DNA of 64,000 bases from the human T2T-CHM13v2.0 reference genome, Homo sapiens. Shown here piece by piece: positions 14,170 through 26,189 of the stretch. Each line of letters starts with the position of its first letter. Position 1 is the stretch's first letter. The translations under genes and the position numbers were made by a program. The notes beneath the pieces were generated by a model that ran no database searches, was not told the origin of the DNA, and saw nothing but the letters and a program-made list of their open reading frames with translations. Where the stretch lies: NCBI RefSeq assembly GCF_009914755.1, contig NC_060925.1; one strand, given 5' to 3'.

Positions 14170-14489
14170 ACTTAAATAGAAAGTGAGCAAAGAAGAGGAA
14201 AGACAAGTCATAGGAAACAAAGACAAGATACTCAACCTCGCTAATAATTAGGGATATACAAATTAAAGCCACACAACACCACTTTGACCCAACAGTTTGG
14301 CAAAAACTTAAAGTGTTGGAGAGGATCTGGGAAAATGAGAAGGCCATGTCCCAACCACTTTGGACAGCAATTCAGCTGTATCTATGGAAATTGAAAATGC
14401 ATATGTCCTGTCAAGGAACAGTTCTATTCCTTGTGTCTGATCTAGAGAAACCCACCTGTAGGGCAAAGATGCACATACAGATGTTCATT
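14170..14489 (+). mobile_element. old L1M(E) 3' region, left piece
   Basis: ctcaacctcgctaataattagggatatacaaattaaagcc...accactttggacagcaatt...atgttcatt. Confidence 0.7.
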
Positions 14490-14737
14490 CATTCAACACA
14501 TGTTGATTATGCACCTGCTACATGTTTAACGTAATAGGGATAGAACAGCAAACAAGATGCCCATTACCCCTCCTATCACATACCTTACAATCTACTCAGG
14601 GAGAGTCAGGTAATAATCAATCAATAGATAAATAGGTTAAACAAAGAGCATGTCAGATGGCAGTTAAGTGCTGTGAAGGAAAGTTAAGTGAGATGAGGGG
14701 GAAAAGGAGCCTGAAATGGCTATGCTATATAGGGCCG

Positions 14738-15079
14738 TGCTATGGACTGAATGTGTCTCCCAAATTCATGCTGAAGCCTTAATCCCCAATGTGATGGTCT
14801 TTGGAGGTGGGGCCTTTGGGAGACAATTAGGTTTGGATGAGGTCATGGGCAGACAGCCCCCATGATGAGATTGATGTCCTTATAAGGGGATGGAGAGATC
14901 CAAGCTCTTTCTCTTCCTGCCATGTCAGGAAACCAGGAGGAGGACCCTCAATAAGAAACCTACCATGTTGGCACCCTGATCTTCGACTTTCAGCATCCAG
15001 AACCATGGGAGTAAACGTTTGCTGTTTAAGCCACTCAATCTATGGTATTTTGTGATAGCAGCCTGAATTGACTAAGACA
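14738..15079 (+). mobile_element. MLT1A0-like solo LTR
   Basis: tgctatggactgaatgtg...gtattttgtgatagcagcctgaattgactaagaca, TG...CA ends. Confidence 0.85.
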
Positions 15080-15744
15080 GGGAGTTAGGGAAGGCCTCTC
15101 TGATAAAGAGACATTCTGACAGAGTGAAGCATCAAGATATGACTGTGGGAGGGGAGGGGGAGTATTTTGGACAGAGGGACCAATGCCCCCTCCAAAGGCC
15201 CTGAGTTGGAAGTGGGGCTTGGTGAGTTTGAGGAACAGCAAGCGAGCCACTGTGGCCAGAGCAGGGAGAGCTGGGGTTGGGGCAAAGGGAAAGAGATGAC
15301 ATTGGATGGGTGGTTAGGTCCCAGCTCATACAAAGCCCTGCAAGCCACTGTAGGGATTTTTGCTTTTACTCTGATTGAGACGGGAAATCATTGAATAGAG
15401 TGAGAACACAATCTCACAGTGTTTTACAAAGATCACTCCAGCAGCTGTGGCTGTGCTGAAAACAGACTGGGGTAGGGCAAGGCTGGGAGAAAGTGGAGGA
15501 CCCTTAAAATGCTTCAGGTGGGGGATGATGGGGGATTGGACAAACTGATGGTGGTGGAGATGTATCCACGATCAGTGCTGGGTTGGTGTGGAAGGTACCA
15601 CTGATTGGATTTGCTGAAGGATTGAATAGAGAGTGTGAGAAAAATACAAGAGACCACGTTGGCTCCATGATTTTTGGCTTGAGCACCTGGAAGACTGGAT
15701 TACCATTTATGAAGGTGGGGGAAGACCATGTGCGTAACTGGATT

Positions 15745-15746
<2 letters not shown>

Positions 15747-15787
<41 letters not shown>

Positions 15788-15800
15788 TGTGTGTGCATGT
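15747..15800. repeat. (GT)17 microsatellite extended by alternating purine-pyrimidine sequence
   Basis: direct reading. Confidence 0.95.
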
Positions 15801-16312
15801 TAAATCTAACAAAGCCTATTAGACATTCAAGCAAAGATGTCAAGAAGGCAGCTGGCCTTGTAAGGCTGGAGTTGAGTGGGGAGGTCAGGATGGGTGGTGG
15901 GAACGTGGGAGTCAACCGTGTGTAGATAGTGCTCAGAGCTGTGGGGCAGATGAATTGCCCTGGGAATGAGCACAGGCAGTGAAGAGAAGAGGTCTAAGGG
16001 CTGAGTCCTGGGACCCACCATCGTTGAGGGCACAGGAAGAGAAAGAAATCAGAAAAGAAGGCTAATAAGAAATAGCCCTTTTCAGAATGAGCACCAGGAA
16101 AGAGGGAAGGGAGAAGAGTTTCCAGGAAAGAGGAATGCTCCCACGAGCCACATGACAACAAAGATTCTGCACGATGGAGCTTGAGAGCTGGCTGTTGGAT
16201 TTGGCCACATGTAGGTCACCAGAGGCCTTGCCAGGCATTTTGTGGAGTGGGCTTGAGAGAGAATAGGAGGAGATGATGTGTAGGTGTTGAATAAAAGCAA
16301 TTTTTTGAGGAG

Positions 16313-16426
16313 CTTGCTTTCTTCCTTTCTTTCTTTCTTTCTTTCTTTCTTGCTTGCTTGCTTGCTTTCCTTCCTGCCTTCCTGCTTTCCTTCTTTCTTT
16401 CCTTCTTCCTTCCTTCTTTCTTTCTC

Positions 16427-16458
<32 letters not shown>

Positions 16459-16540
16459 TCATTCTTTCTTTCTTTCTTCTTTCTTTCTTCTTTCTTTTCT
16501 TTCTTTCTTTCTTTCTTTTTCTTTTTCTTTCTCTCTTTTT
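16313..16540. repeat. compound (CTTT)/(CTTG)/(CCTT)n tract, expanded Alu tail
   Basis: about 230 bp almost purely pyrimidine, contiguous with the antisense Alu. Confidence 0.9.
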
Positions 16541-16818
16541 TTGATGGAGTTTTGCTCTTGTCACCCAGGCTGGAGTGCAGTGGCACTATCTCTGTTCACT
16601 TCACTAACAACCTCTGCCTCCCAGGTTCAAGTGATTCTCCTGCCTCAGCCTCCTGAGTAGCTAGAACTATATGCACACACCACCATGCCCAGCTAATTTT
16701 TGTATTTTTAGTAGAGATGGGGTTTCACCATATTGGCCAAGTTGTTCCTGAACTCCTGACCTCAGGTGATCCGCTCACCTCAGCCTCCTGAAGTGCTGGG
16801 ATTACAAGCGTAAGCCAG
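16541..16818 (-). mobile_element. AluSx/Sq-like
   Basis: Alu reverse complement lacking the first roughly 12 nt. Confidence 0.92.
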
Positions 16819-17005
16819 TAAGGAGTTTTCTATTAAGGGGAATAAAGATGGGGTGATAGTTGAAATAGGAAGTAGAGGGATGAAAAGTTGTTTTCATATC
16901 ATTGTTATTACTTTTAAGATGAGACAGTTATGATGTGTTTGTTGGCTGGTGGGAACAATTCAGCAGAAAGTAAAAGATCTAATGATGCAGGAGAGTGAAG
17001 GGAGG

Positions 17006-17118
17006 ATTACGGAATAATTTTTTTACAGCGAAAAATTAGAAAGAGCCTACATGCCCATCAAGAGAGGAATAGATAAATAAAATATGTTATATTCAAAGTG
17101 ATGAGATTCTATACTGCT
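17006..17118 (+). mobile_element. old L1M(E) 3' region, right piece
   Basis: aaaaattagaaagagcctacatgcccatcaagagaggaatagataaataaaatatg continues the L1 broken at 14489. Confidence 0.65.
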
Positions 17119-17736
17119 GACTCATTGCCTGGAGGAAGAAATCTCAAGAGCAAGAAGGGGTTCCAGCACTGCACTTGCTTCACTGACGCTTGTGCCAAGA
17201 ACCCTTGTCCTGCAGACTTGAAAGCAGATCACACAAGGCCCAGGCCCCTGCCCCTGTGGTCTCCAGACACCTTCTGGTCTGGGGAGAGGACGGTCGTGTC
17301 TGAGGGTATCTTGGAAGATCTTCCTTCTGGTTGCCTTGGTCAAAAGAATGCAGCATGATGACGATACAAATAAAAAAAAAGTAGCTACTTATTACAGAGT
17401 GTTTTACCAACTCCTTGCCCTCCTGGGTCTTACATTCTAGGTGGACGTTAAACAACCCAATCTCACAATTACTGATTTCAGTTATGATGAATGCTGTAAA
17501 GTAGGGTATCAAAGAGGACCTAGCCCAATCTAGAAAATCAAGAAATGTGGCTGTAGCTGAAAGCAGAAGAGTGAGCATAAGTCAGCCAGGCAAAGGCAGG
17601 GGAGAGGAGGGGAGGAAGTCGGGGGAAGGAGCATTCTTAGCAGAAGGAATATCATCCTTCCCTTTATTCCACAAGTAGTTCCTGAGCATTCACTATGTCC
17701 TAGGTGCACGGATGCATGAGTGAATAAGGCACTAGC

Positions 17737-17815
17737 TCTTTCTTTCTTTCCTTCCTTCCTTCCTTCTTTCCTTCCTTCCTCCCTTCCTTCTTTCCTTCCT
17801 TCCTCCCTTCCTTCT
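17737..17815. repeat. (CCTT)n/(CTTT)n tract
   Basis: direct reading. Confidence 0.9.
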
Positions 17816-17835
17816 TATGTTCTTGTTCTTACACA

Positions 17836-18086
17836 TTTTTTTTTTAATGTCAAGTTTTTGGGATACAGGTGGGCTTTGGTTACATGAATGAGTTCTGTAG
17901 TGGTGAGTTCTGAGATTTTGGTGCACTTGTCACCAGAGTAGCGTACACTGTACCCAATACATAGTCTTTTATCCCTTGTCCCCCTACTACCTCCCCCACC
18001 AAGTCCCCAGAGTTCATTATATCATTCTTAGGCCTTTGTGTCCTTATAGCCTAGCTCCCACTTATAAGTGAGAACATACGCTATTT
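17836..18086 (-). mobile_element. L1PB 3' end, 5'-truncated
   Basis: tttggttacatgaatgagttc...tgagattttggtgcac...ctcccacttataagtgagaacatacg. Confidence 0.85.
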
Positions 18087-18261
18087 CCAGCCATTGCTTT
18101 CCTGGGGCTGCCATTCTAGTGAGAGAGAGAAGAGAAGTGGCACACAAATGGCACATGGTTTCGGTGAGTGATAAGGGTTATGAAGACAGTAAATCAGGGT
18201 AATGGTTGGGGGAGAGGAATCGATTAGTATTTTAGACAGGGTGGTTAGAAAAGGTATTGAG

Positions 18262-18571
<310 letters not shown>

Positions 18572-19019
18572 TCACCCAAGACCTGCCTTGCAAATGTGCT
18601 GGAAGAGTGTCTCCAGCATAAGAAACTGCAAGTGCAAATGCCTTGAGGTGGGAACAAGCTTGTCATGTTCAGAAACAACTAGAAGGGCAGTGTGACTGGG
18701 CCTACGGACTAGGTGGAACAAGGTGAGATTACGGTTACAGAGACAGGCAGGGGCCAGATCATGTAGGGCTTGTAACAGCATTTTAACCTTCAGTAATTCC
18801 AGGTTTTAGCTGGGCTGCAGATTCAAATGGAATATTTCTTGGAAAAAGCCCAGGATCCCTAGGTTCTCAGGATCCTGAGAAAATGGGCTGTGGCTGGTTT
18901 GGTTTGCCTCAGCTGCAGAAGCAAAGAGGTTTTCAGTGGCCCCCTACACTTCCAGCCATATATCTTACCTTATCACTCCCGTCCATTTAGCATGAGCCAT
19001 ATACTCTACTCCAGAGGAG

Positions 19020-19210
19020 AACTCTCACTTAATTAATTTTAGATTTAAAGCAACAAGAAGTCCTTATATTAAAAATGGAGTGGGGGGAGAACAACTTGTT
19101 AATTAAAATGTCAGTTAGGGTGTTCCTGGCGAAAACTATGATTAGTGGGTGTTTCCTTTGGTTACAAGCCCTTGTGCTTTGATATTTCATATGTGAATTT
19201 AAAGAACCTT
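19020..19210. promoter_or_regulatory. candidate enhancer (island 3)
   Basis: TTAATTAA at 19029-19036 and 19099-19106, CTTTGAT at 19177-19183; no recognised repeat. Confidence 0.35.
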
Positions 19211-19999
19211 ACACATGTGCCCAGCACCCAGAGACAGGCTACATTTTATGGTGGTTTCAGTGGGTCAATCTGTCTGCAAATTCCAATGTACTCCAGGTCT
19301 TCTGGGATTGCACCCCCTAACCCCACACTTCTCATCTTGGAGGGGTCCTGTCTCTCTCGTCACATGCCATGTCTGCCTGGCAGGCTCTTGCTCTCTTCTG
19401 TCTTTGGAAAACCTACCTATTCGCCCTTCAGGGATCAGTGGCATCTTTTTCAAAGCCTTACTAGATCTCTCATTCAGAAATATTTTCTCCCTCCTATGTG
19501 CCTTCAAAGATTGCCTACATCTTTGTTAGAATCTTTGTGACCAAAAAAAATTGTGAAAGGAGAAAGTTATTTATCGTTTCTCTCATCCAGCTATCTTCTA
19601 AGATGGGTGGAGTCCATGCAGGCTTCTTTGTTTGCTGTGCTGGGTGATGGGTGTGGGAAGGCTGGCCTGGAAACACTGGGGGAAGTCTATGCCCACGGTC
19701 TCTTCTTGAGCAAAGGAAGAGCCGTAGATAGGCCTGGGGGAGTGGTGGTGGTGTAGATCCGGATGAACTGCAGCCAGCATAGGAGGGAGGCTGAAGTAGG
19801 GGACGGAATCGGGAAGAGCCTGCTGATGGCTGCAGAGGAAGTGTGCGGGGCTTTGCAGAGGAAACAAGTGTTTCAGGGGGGATTTTTGTTAAGGTGTGCT
19901 ATGTAAACCTCTGTTTTGTCTCCCCATGCCATCTTTAGTGAAACTTATTACTCATTAAGGCTTTGTGGAATTAGATTAAATTGTTTCCAGAAGGGTAAG

Positions 20000-20505
20000 T
20001 ATCAAGAACTGCAAAGGATCTGAGATTCGCTTTACATGCAGGGTAAGAAGTCAGCCTGCTGTGGTGTCATGGATGCTGGCAGGGGACATGGGACTCCTGA
20101 GTAAGACACAAAGGACTTTATGACTCACAGCAATAGCAGTAGCCAGAGTGTCAGCATTTGTGCTGTTCCCCAAGCTCCAATTCCCGCAGGGTGACACAAA
20201 GAGAGCCACCTAACACCTGCAGCACAGGCTGCAAGTTTCATTACAAGAAAGGAACCCCCAGCCTCGGGAACCCAAATCTTTTATAATGAGTAAGTACGCC
20301 TGCTTGATATTTGCCCTGGAGAGAGACATTTTTATTATGTAAGACAACCAACCAAACTTCCTGTTGCTCTGGAGGGAAACTATCTCTAGTTTCCAAAACT
20401 ATTTGTTATACAAACACCCTTTAAAAGATAGTCCCAAAGAAGTCAGTGCCTTTGCTTGCAAAATGTGTAGAAATGCAAGAGACCCCTGGAGAACAGTCTC
20501 CCCAG
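20000..20505 (-). mobile_element. MER89-like ERV1 solo LTR
   Basis: tcaagaactg...caaaggactttatgactcacagcaatagcagtagccagagtgtcagcatttg...gaaatgcaagagacccctggagaacagtctccca; family name from memory. Confidence 0.65.
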
Positions 20506-20638
20506 AGTAAGACCCAGTGCTGATTCCTGCTTGAAAGTTGGTGTTGGATGAGAATAGAGGATGTTTATGGGGCCTTAGTGGCACCCGGGTTATGAGCTTT
20601 TATAGTATGCTTTTAAAAGAAATTAGTTTATTTTATGC

Positions 20639-21076
20639 TGTATCAGTTAGCCATTGCTACATAACAAACCACCAAAGACTTAGTGCATAAAATAAAAATT
20701 ATTTATTGTGGCTCATGAATCTGAGTCACCTGAAAGTTCTGCTGATTTAGGCTGGGCTGGGCTGATCTTGGCTGTGCTTTCTCACAATTGCTTCAGTCCC
20801 AGCTGGGACAACTGAGCAGGGTTGGCTCTACTCTGTGTGGTCTTCCTGGGTATGACAAAGTCCCAAGAGAATGAGCAGAAGTACCCGAGGCCTCTAAAGC
20901 CTAGGCTTGGAACTGCCACATTCTATCAGCCAAGGCAAATCACAAGACCAGCCCAGATTTAAGGCATGGAAAATAGAATCCACCTCGTATGAGAGGAATT
21001 CCAAAGTCACTTTGCAAAGGCATGTATACACGGGTTGAGGAGTAACTGGGGCCATGTTTACAATCAATATATCACA
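20639..21076 (-). mobile_element. MLT1H-like solo LTR (adjoining an L2 3' end that runs to about 21228)
   Basis: tgtatcagttagccattgctacataacaaaccacc...ggcttggaactg...caaagtcactttgcaaaggcatgtataca...atcaca. Confidence 0.8.
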
Positions 21077-21329
21077 TTTGTTTCTCTACTGGACTCTAAG
21101 CTCCTAGATGACAGGGATTATGTCCCATTCACATCTATTTCTTGGTGATTGGCCTGGGATAAGCATAGAGAAGACATTAATAATATCTGTCAAGTGGATG
21201 AATGTTATGCAATAGGATGAATGAATGATACACAATAAGGATTTGTTCCCTCGAACTAGACGGTCTGCTGGGGAGATTCACAGGGGGAGTTCCCTGACAT
21301 CTGCTCAGATCACAGCCACCCTGTTCAAT

Positions 21330-21850
21330 GTCATGTATGGTACTCTCAGCATCTTCTCATCCCCACTGCTGCTGCATCACTTGGGACCTCATCATGTTGC
21401 ACCTGGACTTCTCTGCAGCCCTGTTACTCTCTGTCTGCCTTGACTTACTCCTCTCCAACCATCCTCCACATCAGCTCCAGGGATCTTTCTAAAATGCACC
21501 CCTGACTCTGTCACTCCTCAATTAAATCCATTTCTGACTTCCCAATGCCTAGAAAATAACATCTCAGCTATTTTGCATGACTTTCTAGGCCCTTCACCCT
21601 TGAGACTTGGATCCCACTGTTCCTTCCTGCACATCCTATGCTCGTGCCTCACCAGATCACCAGATCTTGAATGTGGAGAGGACAGGCCCCTGCACTTTGG
21701 TCCCAGCCATATCATCTGCTCATTGTGCACTTGCCCAAGTTCTCTACCTTTGCTCAAGTGTCAGCTTGGCCTTCCAGGGAGGGGTATTTTCCTACACTTT
21801 CCTCTCCTGGTTTTCTTGTGAAACCTCACCCCATCACCACAACCCACCCT
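21330..21850 (+). mobile_element. L2 fragment
   Basis: ccatcctccacatcagctccagggatctttctaaaatgca...tgtcactcctc. Confidence 0.65.
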
Positions 21851-21914
21851 AAGTACAGAGTAAAGTCTTATAGAGAGTTGATTCCCAGAATTTTTGCTGA
21901 ACCCAACTGAGATT

Positions 21915-22052
21915 GACAGAGAGAGAGAGAGAGAGAGACAGAGAGAGAGACAGAGAGAGAGAGAGGAGAAGGGGAGGGGAGGGGAGGATAAAGGAGGAGA
22001 GGAGAGGGAAGAAATGGAGGGGAGGTAGGGGAAGGTGAGAAGGGGAGAGAGA
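21915..22052. repeat. (GA)n and GA-rich polypurine tract
   Basis: direct reading. Confidence 0.9.
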
Positions 22053-22449
22053 GAACTGAGTGTAGCCAAGGCACAGACACAAAGATCCAATGCATCTTGT
22101 TCTGCCCCCCATACTCCCCAGTTTGCCCCCTGGGGCTCCTCTCCCAGCAGCCCTTTCTGGAGCAGTCCATAGTCTGTGGGCTAGAGGCTTCTCACCCTAA
22201 GGCTTCTCCTAAAAGTAGAGCCCCAGCCTCAGCCCCAGCAGCAAGGACTGTGATTGGCACTGTGGGAAGGGGTGCAGTGGGGGAGGGAGTCTCCCATTGT
22301 CTTGAGTTCTCATCATTTTAGTCTCTGTTATTAGCTTTATTTAATTTGTCACTTAATTACTATTTACTGAGTATGCTTGTAGCTAACATGTATTTATTTA
22401 CTGTGCACTTTGTCTGATTTCAGTAGATTTTTTTCCTTTTCCTTTCTTT

Positions 22450-23630
22450 GTATCTGTATTGTTTATTCTAATAATGCATGATTAGGTAAAAAAAAAAATT
22501 TAAGACAATACGGAGAAAGTAAAAGTCCCTTGATATTTCATCCTTCAGAGATAACCACTGTTGACAGTTTGGTGTATATCCTTTCAGACTTTTAAAAAGT
22601 GCCTATATACATATATATGGATGTGACCCAAATATATCTAAGTAGCCTTTAAGGCTGCTGGTCTCTGCTCAACAGTCATCCAAAATAACCCAAATCAGAC
22701 TCCAGAAGCCTGGAGAATAATATAAATCTTTATTGTTGGTTTCTTTAAAAAGGTAGTGCAGGAGCTTTTCACAGCTTTCTAAGAGTCAGCTTTAGACATC
22801 TCTCTTCCTCCCCAAAGTGTCTCGCTCATAGCAGCTGCTAACAATCTCTTCTTGCTTCCTCCCACTCATCTCTTCTTTCTTTGGGCTGTGCCCTCCTGAA
22901 TTCTATTGACATGGAGCCCTAACCCCTAAGAATAGCTCTCACAAAGTGCTGTTCTTCTGTGACTGCTGTTCTTGTAAGAGTCAGCCTTCCTCAAATTTTT
23001 AAGAAAAAAATTGCTACATCTCTTTATCCACATAAATAGGATCATGTCATGCACATTATTCAGTTAACCACTCTTTTTCCAAACCCTGCTATCTCCTAGA
23101 TATATTTCCATGCCTATGCATTCAAATCTAACTGTCTTACAGCCAAGACTGGGTAGTTTATAAAGAAAAGAGGTTTATTTTGGCTCGCAGTCCTGGAGGC
23201 TGGGAAGTCCAAGATCAGGCAGCCACTTCTTGTTGGCTTTTGGTGAGGGCCTCATGCTGCATCATAACATGGCAGAGGACATCACATGGCAAGAGGGGCA
23301 ACAGCGTGCATGTCAGCTCAGGTCTCTATATTCCTATTCTTATGAAGCCACCAGTCCCATCATGAGGCCCCACCCAGATGATTTTATCTAATCCTAATTA
23401 CCTCCCCCAAACCCCACCTTCAATCAGCATATAAATTTGGAGATTTAATTTCTGACATATGAAATTTGTGGGACACATTCAAATCATACATCTACCATTT
23501 CCTTTTAAAGTCTATTGTACAGCTCCATTGAATGGACAGTCTATAATTTATTTAACCCTTCCTTTGCTGTTGGACATTCTAGTGGTTTCAAGCTTTTACT
23601 ACTAAGAACCATGCTGCTATCAACACTCTT
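22450..23630 (-). mobile_element. old L1ME 3' region in three pieces
   Basis: cagagataaccactgttgacagtttggtgtatatcctttcagac; tccattgaatggacagtctataatttatttaacc...tggacatt...atgctgctatcaacactctt. Confidence 0.7.
23133..23490 (-). mobile_element. MSTD-like MaLR solo LTR
   Basis: aagaaaagaggtttattttggctc...aagccaccagtcccatcatg...tctaatcctaattacctccc...ggacacattcaaatcataca. Confidence 0.8.
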
Positions 23631-23899
23631 ATGTTTTTGAACTTTTATTGCTTTTCCTTCTCTTCCATCTTGACCTCTTAGCCTGCCCTAAGTTTTGTTG
23701 TTCTAGCAAATGTCTGCTGAAGTTATAGGTTTTTGGTTGTTGTTTTACCCAGCACATGCTTTCGTTGTCTTCCTTCTGGTTCCCTTGAACCAGTTCCTTC
23801 CTCACTTTATGTGATCCTGGGAGGCTGCAATGATGTCCCCTGGCATAGGCATAAACACATGGCCAAGCTGGCCAATCTATACATCCCATTCTCCTGGTT

Positions 23900-24450
23900 T
23901 TGGTGATAATCCAAGCAGTTTCTACTGTCCATCTCCACTGGCCCTGCCTTAGCCCCAGGCCCATCATCTCCATCCAGGCCCCCTGAAACAGCCTTCTCTC
24001 TGTTGCCTCTGCTTCTAGGGCTGCGCAGCACTCATCCATCCTCAAATGGCTGTTTGTCTTCCCTCTGTCATCTCTGTGCTTAAAAGGAACAGAGTGACTC
24101 CTTGCCTTCTATGAATGAAGTCCTATCACCTCAAACTGCCACCTGGAGACCAAGGGACCTGGCTCCTCTTTCCCTCTCCAGCTCTGTGGCTCCTTACTCT
24201 CCTTTGCACACCCCAAATTCCTCGCAGATTGTACTTCTTCCCAGCTTTTGAATATGCCCTGCATTTTACAGCTTCTATCCTTTGGACCACTTACTCTTTA
24301 CTCCACAGAAGTCTCACTCCAAAACAATGTAGGTCCAAGTCCTAACTAAACTTCAAGCTCCTGGCTCCCAAACCTCCCACAGCAACAACAGGAAATAATC
24401 AATTTCATCATCCTTGGGGCTCTCTTAACACGTTGACAACCTTCTAACAT
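23900..24450 (+). mobile_element. L2 fragment
   Basis: tccatctccactggccctgccttagccccaggcccatcatctc... L2 body. Confidence 0.55.
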
Positions 24451-24464
24451 TTTTGCGTTCCTCA

Positions 24465-24660
24465 GGGATCACTGGTTATAAAGGAGCAGAAATTCACTCA
24501 AGCCAGCTCAAATAAGGAGGGACAGTGGTTATTGTAAGAACATGGAGGTCTCACAGAAACCAAACTCAGGCAGACCTCATGGGAATTAAAACTAGGACCA
24601 GGGAAGCCACCAGGGTTTGGAGTAACCCTTTCCATCTCTCAGTGCCTTCCTGACTCTAGC
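24465..24660 (-). mobile_element. old MLT1K/L-like LTR fragment
   Basis: cagaaattcactcaagccagctcaaataagg...tctcacagaa. Confidence 0.4.
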
Positions 24661-24804
24661 TTTCCATTAATTTAAATTGGGGTGATGGCAGCTTATGTAC
24701 CATACTTGCCTTCTCCCTACCACTACCCTGGAAACACTGTCATATTTATATCCCTTCTCAGGGTCTAACCTAGTGCCTGGTACATTGAAAATAAGAAAAT
24801 GCAA

Positions 24805-25005
24805 GCTAACAATATTTTAGCACTTCCACGTGTGATACACAGGGGTTCATGTTTTCCTATTCTTCTTGTTTTATCTCCCAATACCTCCCGAGAATAGGTA
24901 CCATGATTTCCCCCATTTTACAGATGAGAAAACTGAAGCAGCAATTTGCCCAAGCTGACATGGCCAGCAAGTGAAAGAACTGGGACTTGAATCCAAGCCT
25001 GTTTG
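24805..25005 (-). mobile_element. MIR
   Basis: ccccattttacagatgagaaaactgaagc...aatttgcccaag...gaactgggacttgaatcc. Confidence 0.85.
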
Positions 25006-25247
25006 AATGAATACATTAACTCATAACAGAAGTGGTCTTGAGGTCACCCACCTCAGACTCTGGCCTCTATTTCAGGAGTACAGATGCACCCCATCCTAGA
25101 GGCAGCCAGATATTTTCAGCTTGAACATCTCTAGAGTGAATCCTCCAATGATTTTATTCCTCCCCACTATGAACATCAGGCATTTCTTCCTTATCTCCAA
25201 TCATAATCTTTTTTTTTTGGCTTTGATTTAAAATTTCTCTCCTTTTG

Positions 25248-25620
25248 TGTTTCAGTCCATTTTGTGTTGCTACAACAGACTACCCCACACTAGGTAATTT
25301 ATAAAGAAAAGAGGTTTACTTTTTACAGTTCTGGAGGCCGGGAGGTCCAATATCAAGATGCTGGCATCTTGTGAGTGTCTTCTTGCTGTATCATCCCATG
25401 GTGGAAGGTGGAAGGGCAAGAGATGCCAAGAGCAAGTGAGCACAAGAGAAGGCTGAACTCACTTTTATCAAGACCCAATCCGATGATAATGGCATTCATC
25501 CATTCATGAGGGTGGAGCCTTCATGGTCTAATCACCTCTTACTGGTCCCAACTCTTAATACCATCACAATGGCAATTAAATCTCCACATGGGTTTTGGAA
25601 GGGACATTTAAACCATAGCA
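25248..25620 (-). mobile_element. MLT1A1/MST-type solo LTR
   Basis: agtccattttgtgttgctacaacaga...ccattcatgagggtggagcc...aaaccatagca. Confidence 0.8.
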
Positions 25621-25699
25621 TCTTGTCAAGCTTCCTCAGACGTGAAACCAACTCTTGATTAGCAAATAGTCAAATGCTCTTTTTGCAACAACACTATGA

Positions 25700-25870
25700 A
25701 GCAGACAGTTTAAATTTCCACTCAATAGATAGGAATCTAAAGGCCTAAGAAGGGAAAGCAAGCCACCTAAGGTCACATAGACCAGACATAGTGGATCCGG
25801 AACTTGAACCCAGGACATTGGACACCAAAAACCACTCCAGCCAGTCTCTCCACATCTTCCACTATGTTGA
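25700..25870 (-). mobile_element. MIR
   Basis: cctaaggtcacatag...tagtggatccggaacttgaacccagg. Confidence 0.6.
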
Positions 25871-26189
25871 AGGCACAGTGGTTGGTCTGAGATCATGGAA
25901 GGAACAGTCTTGGCTGTTTCCAAAGAGAATAAGAATGAAGAGGAAGAAAAAGCAAGACTAGGAAAGGGATGCATGAGAGGGAAAGAGCTGTCTCTTAGGT
26001 TCAGGGTGGAGTGTGTGAGGGTGAGATGGAGAGCACAGGGACCAGCCTGGAGACTGAGGGAATGAAGAAAAAATGTAATATAAAATATCTATGCTCTTTA
26101 CCATGGCCTACAAGTTGGAGATCCATACAATTATGTTGGAACAACAAGCTTCAACCAGAACTGTCCCAGGCAAACCGGGACATCTGGTC

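Larger units (their letters stand above)
14484..17005 (-). mobile_element. long L2 (about 2.5 kb span), interrupted by MLT1A0, (GT)n and an Alu
   Basis: tail ttcattcattcaac at 14484; agggaaggcctctctga, ctgattggatttgctgaaggattgaat, gttggatttggccacatgtaggtcac are L2 antisense landmarks. Confidence 0.8.

Noticed and set aside
16062-16660. Longest ORFs (174 and 160 aa K/E/R-rich, plus F/L/S-rich antisense ORFs)
   Set aside because: They are translations of the (CTTT)n Alu tail, which lacks stop codons by composition.
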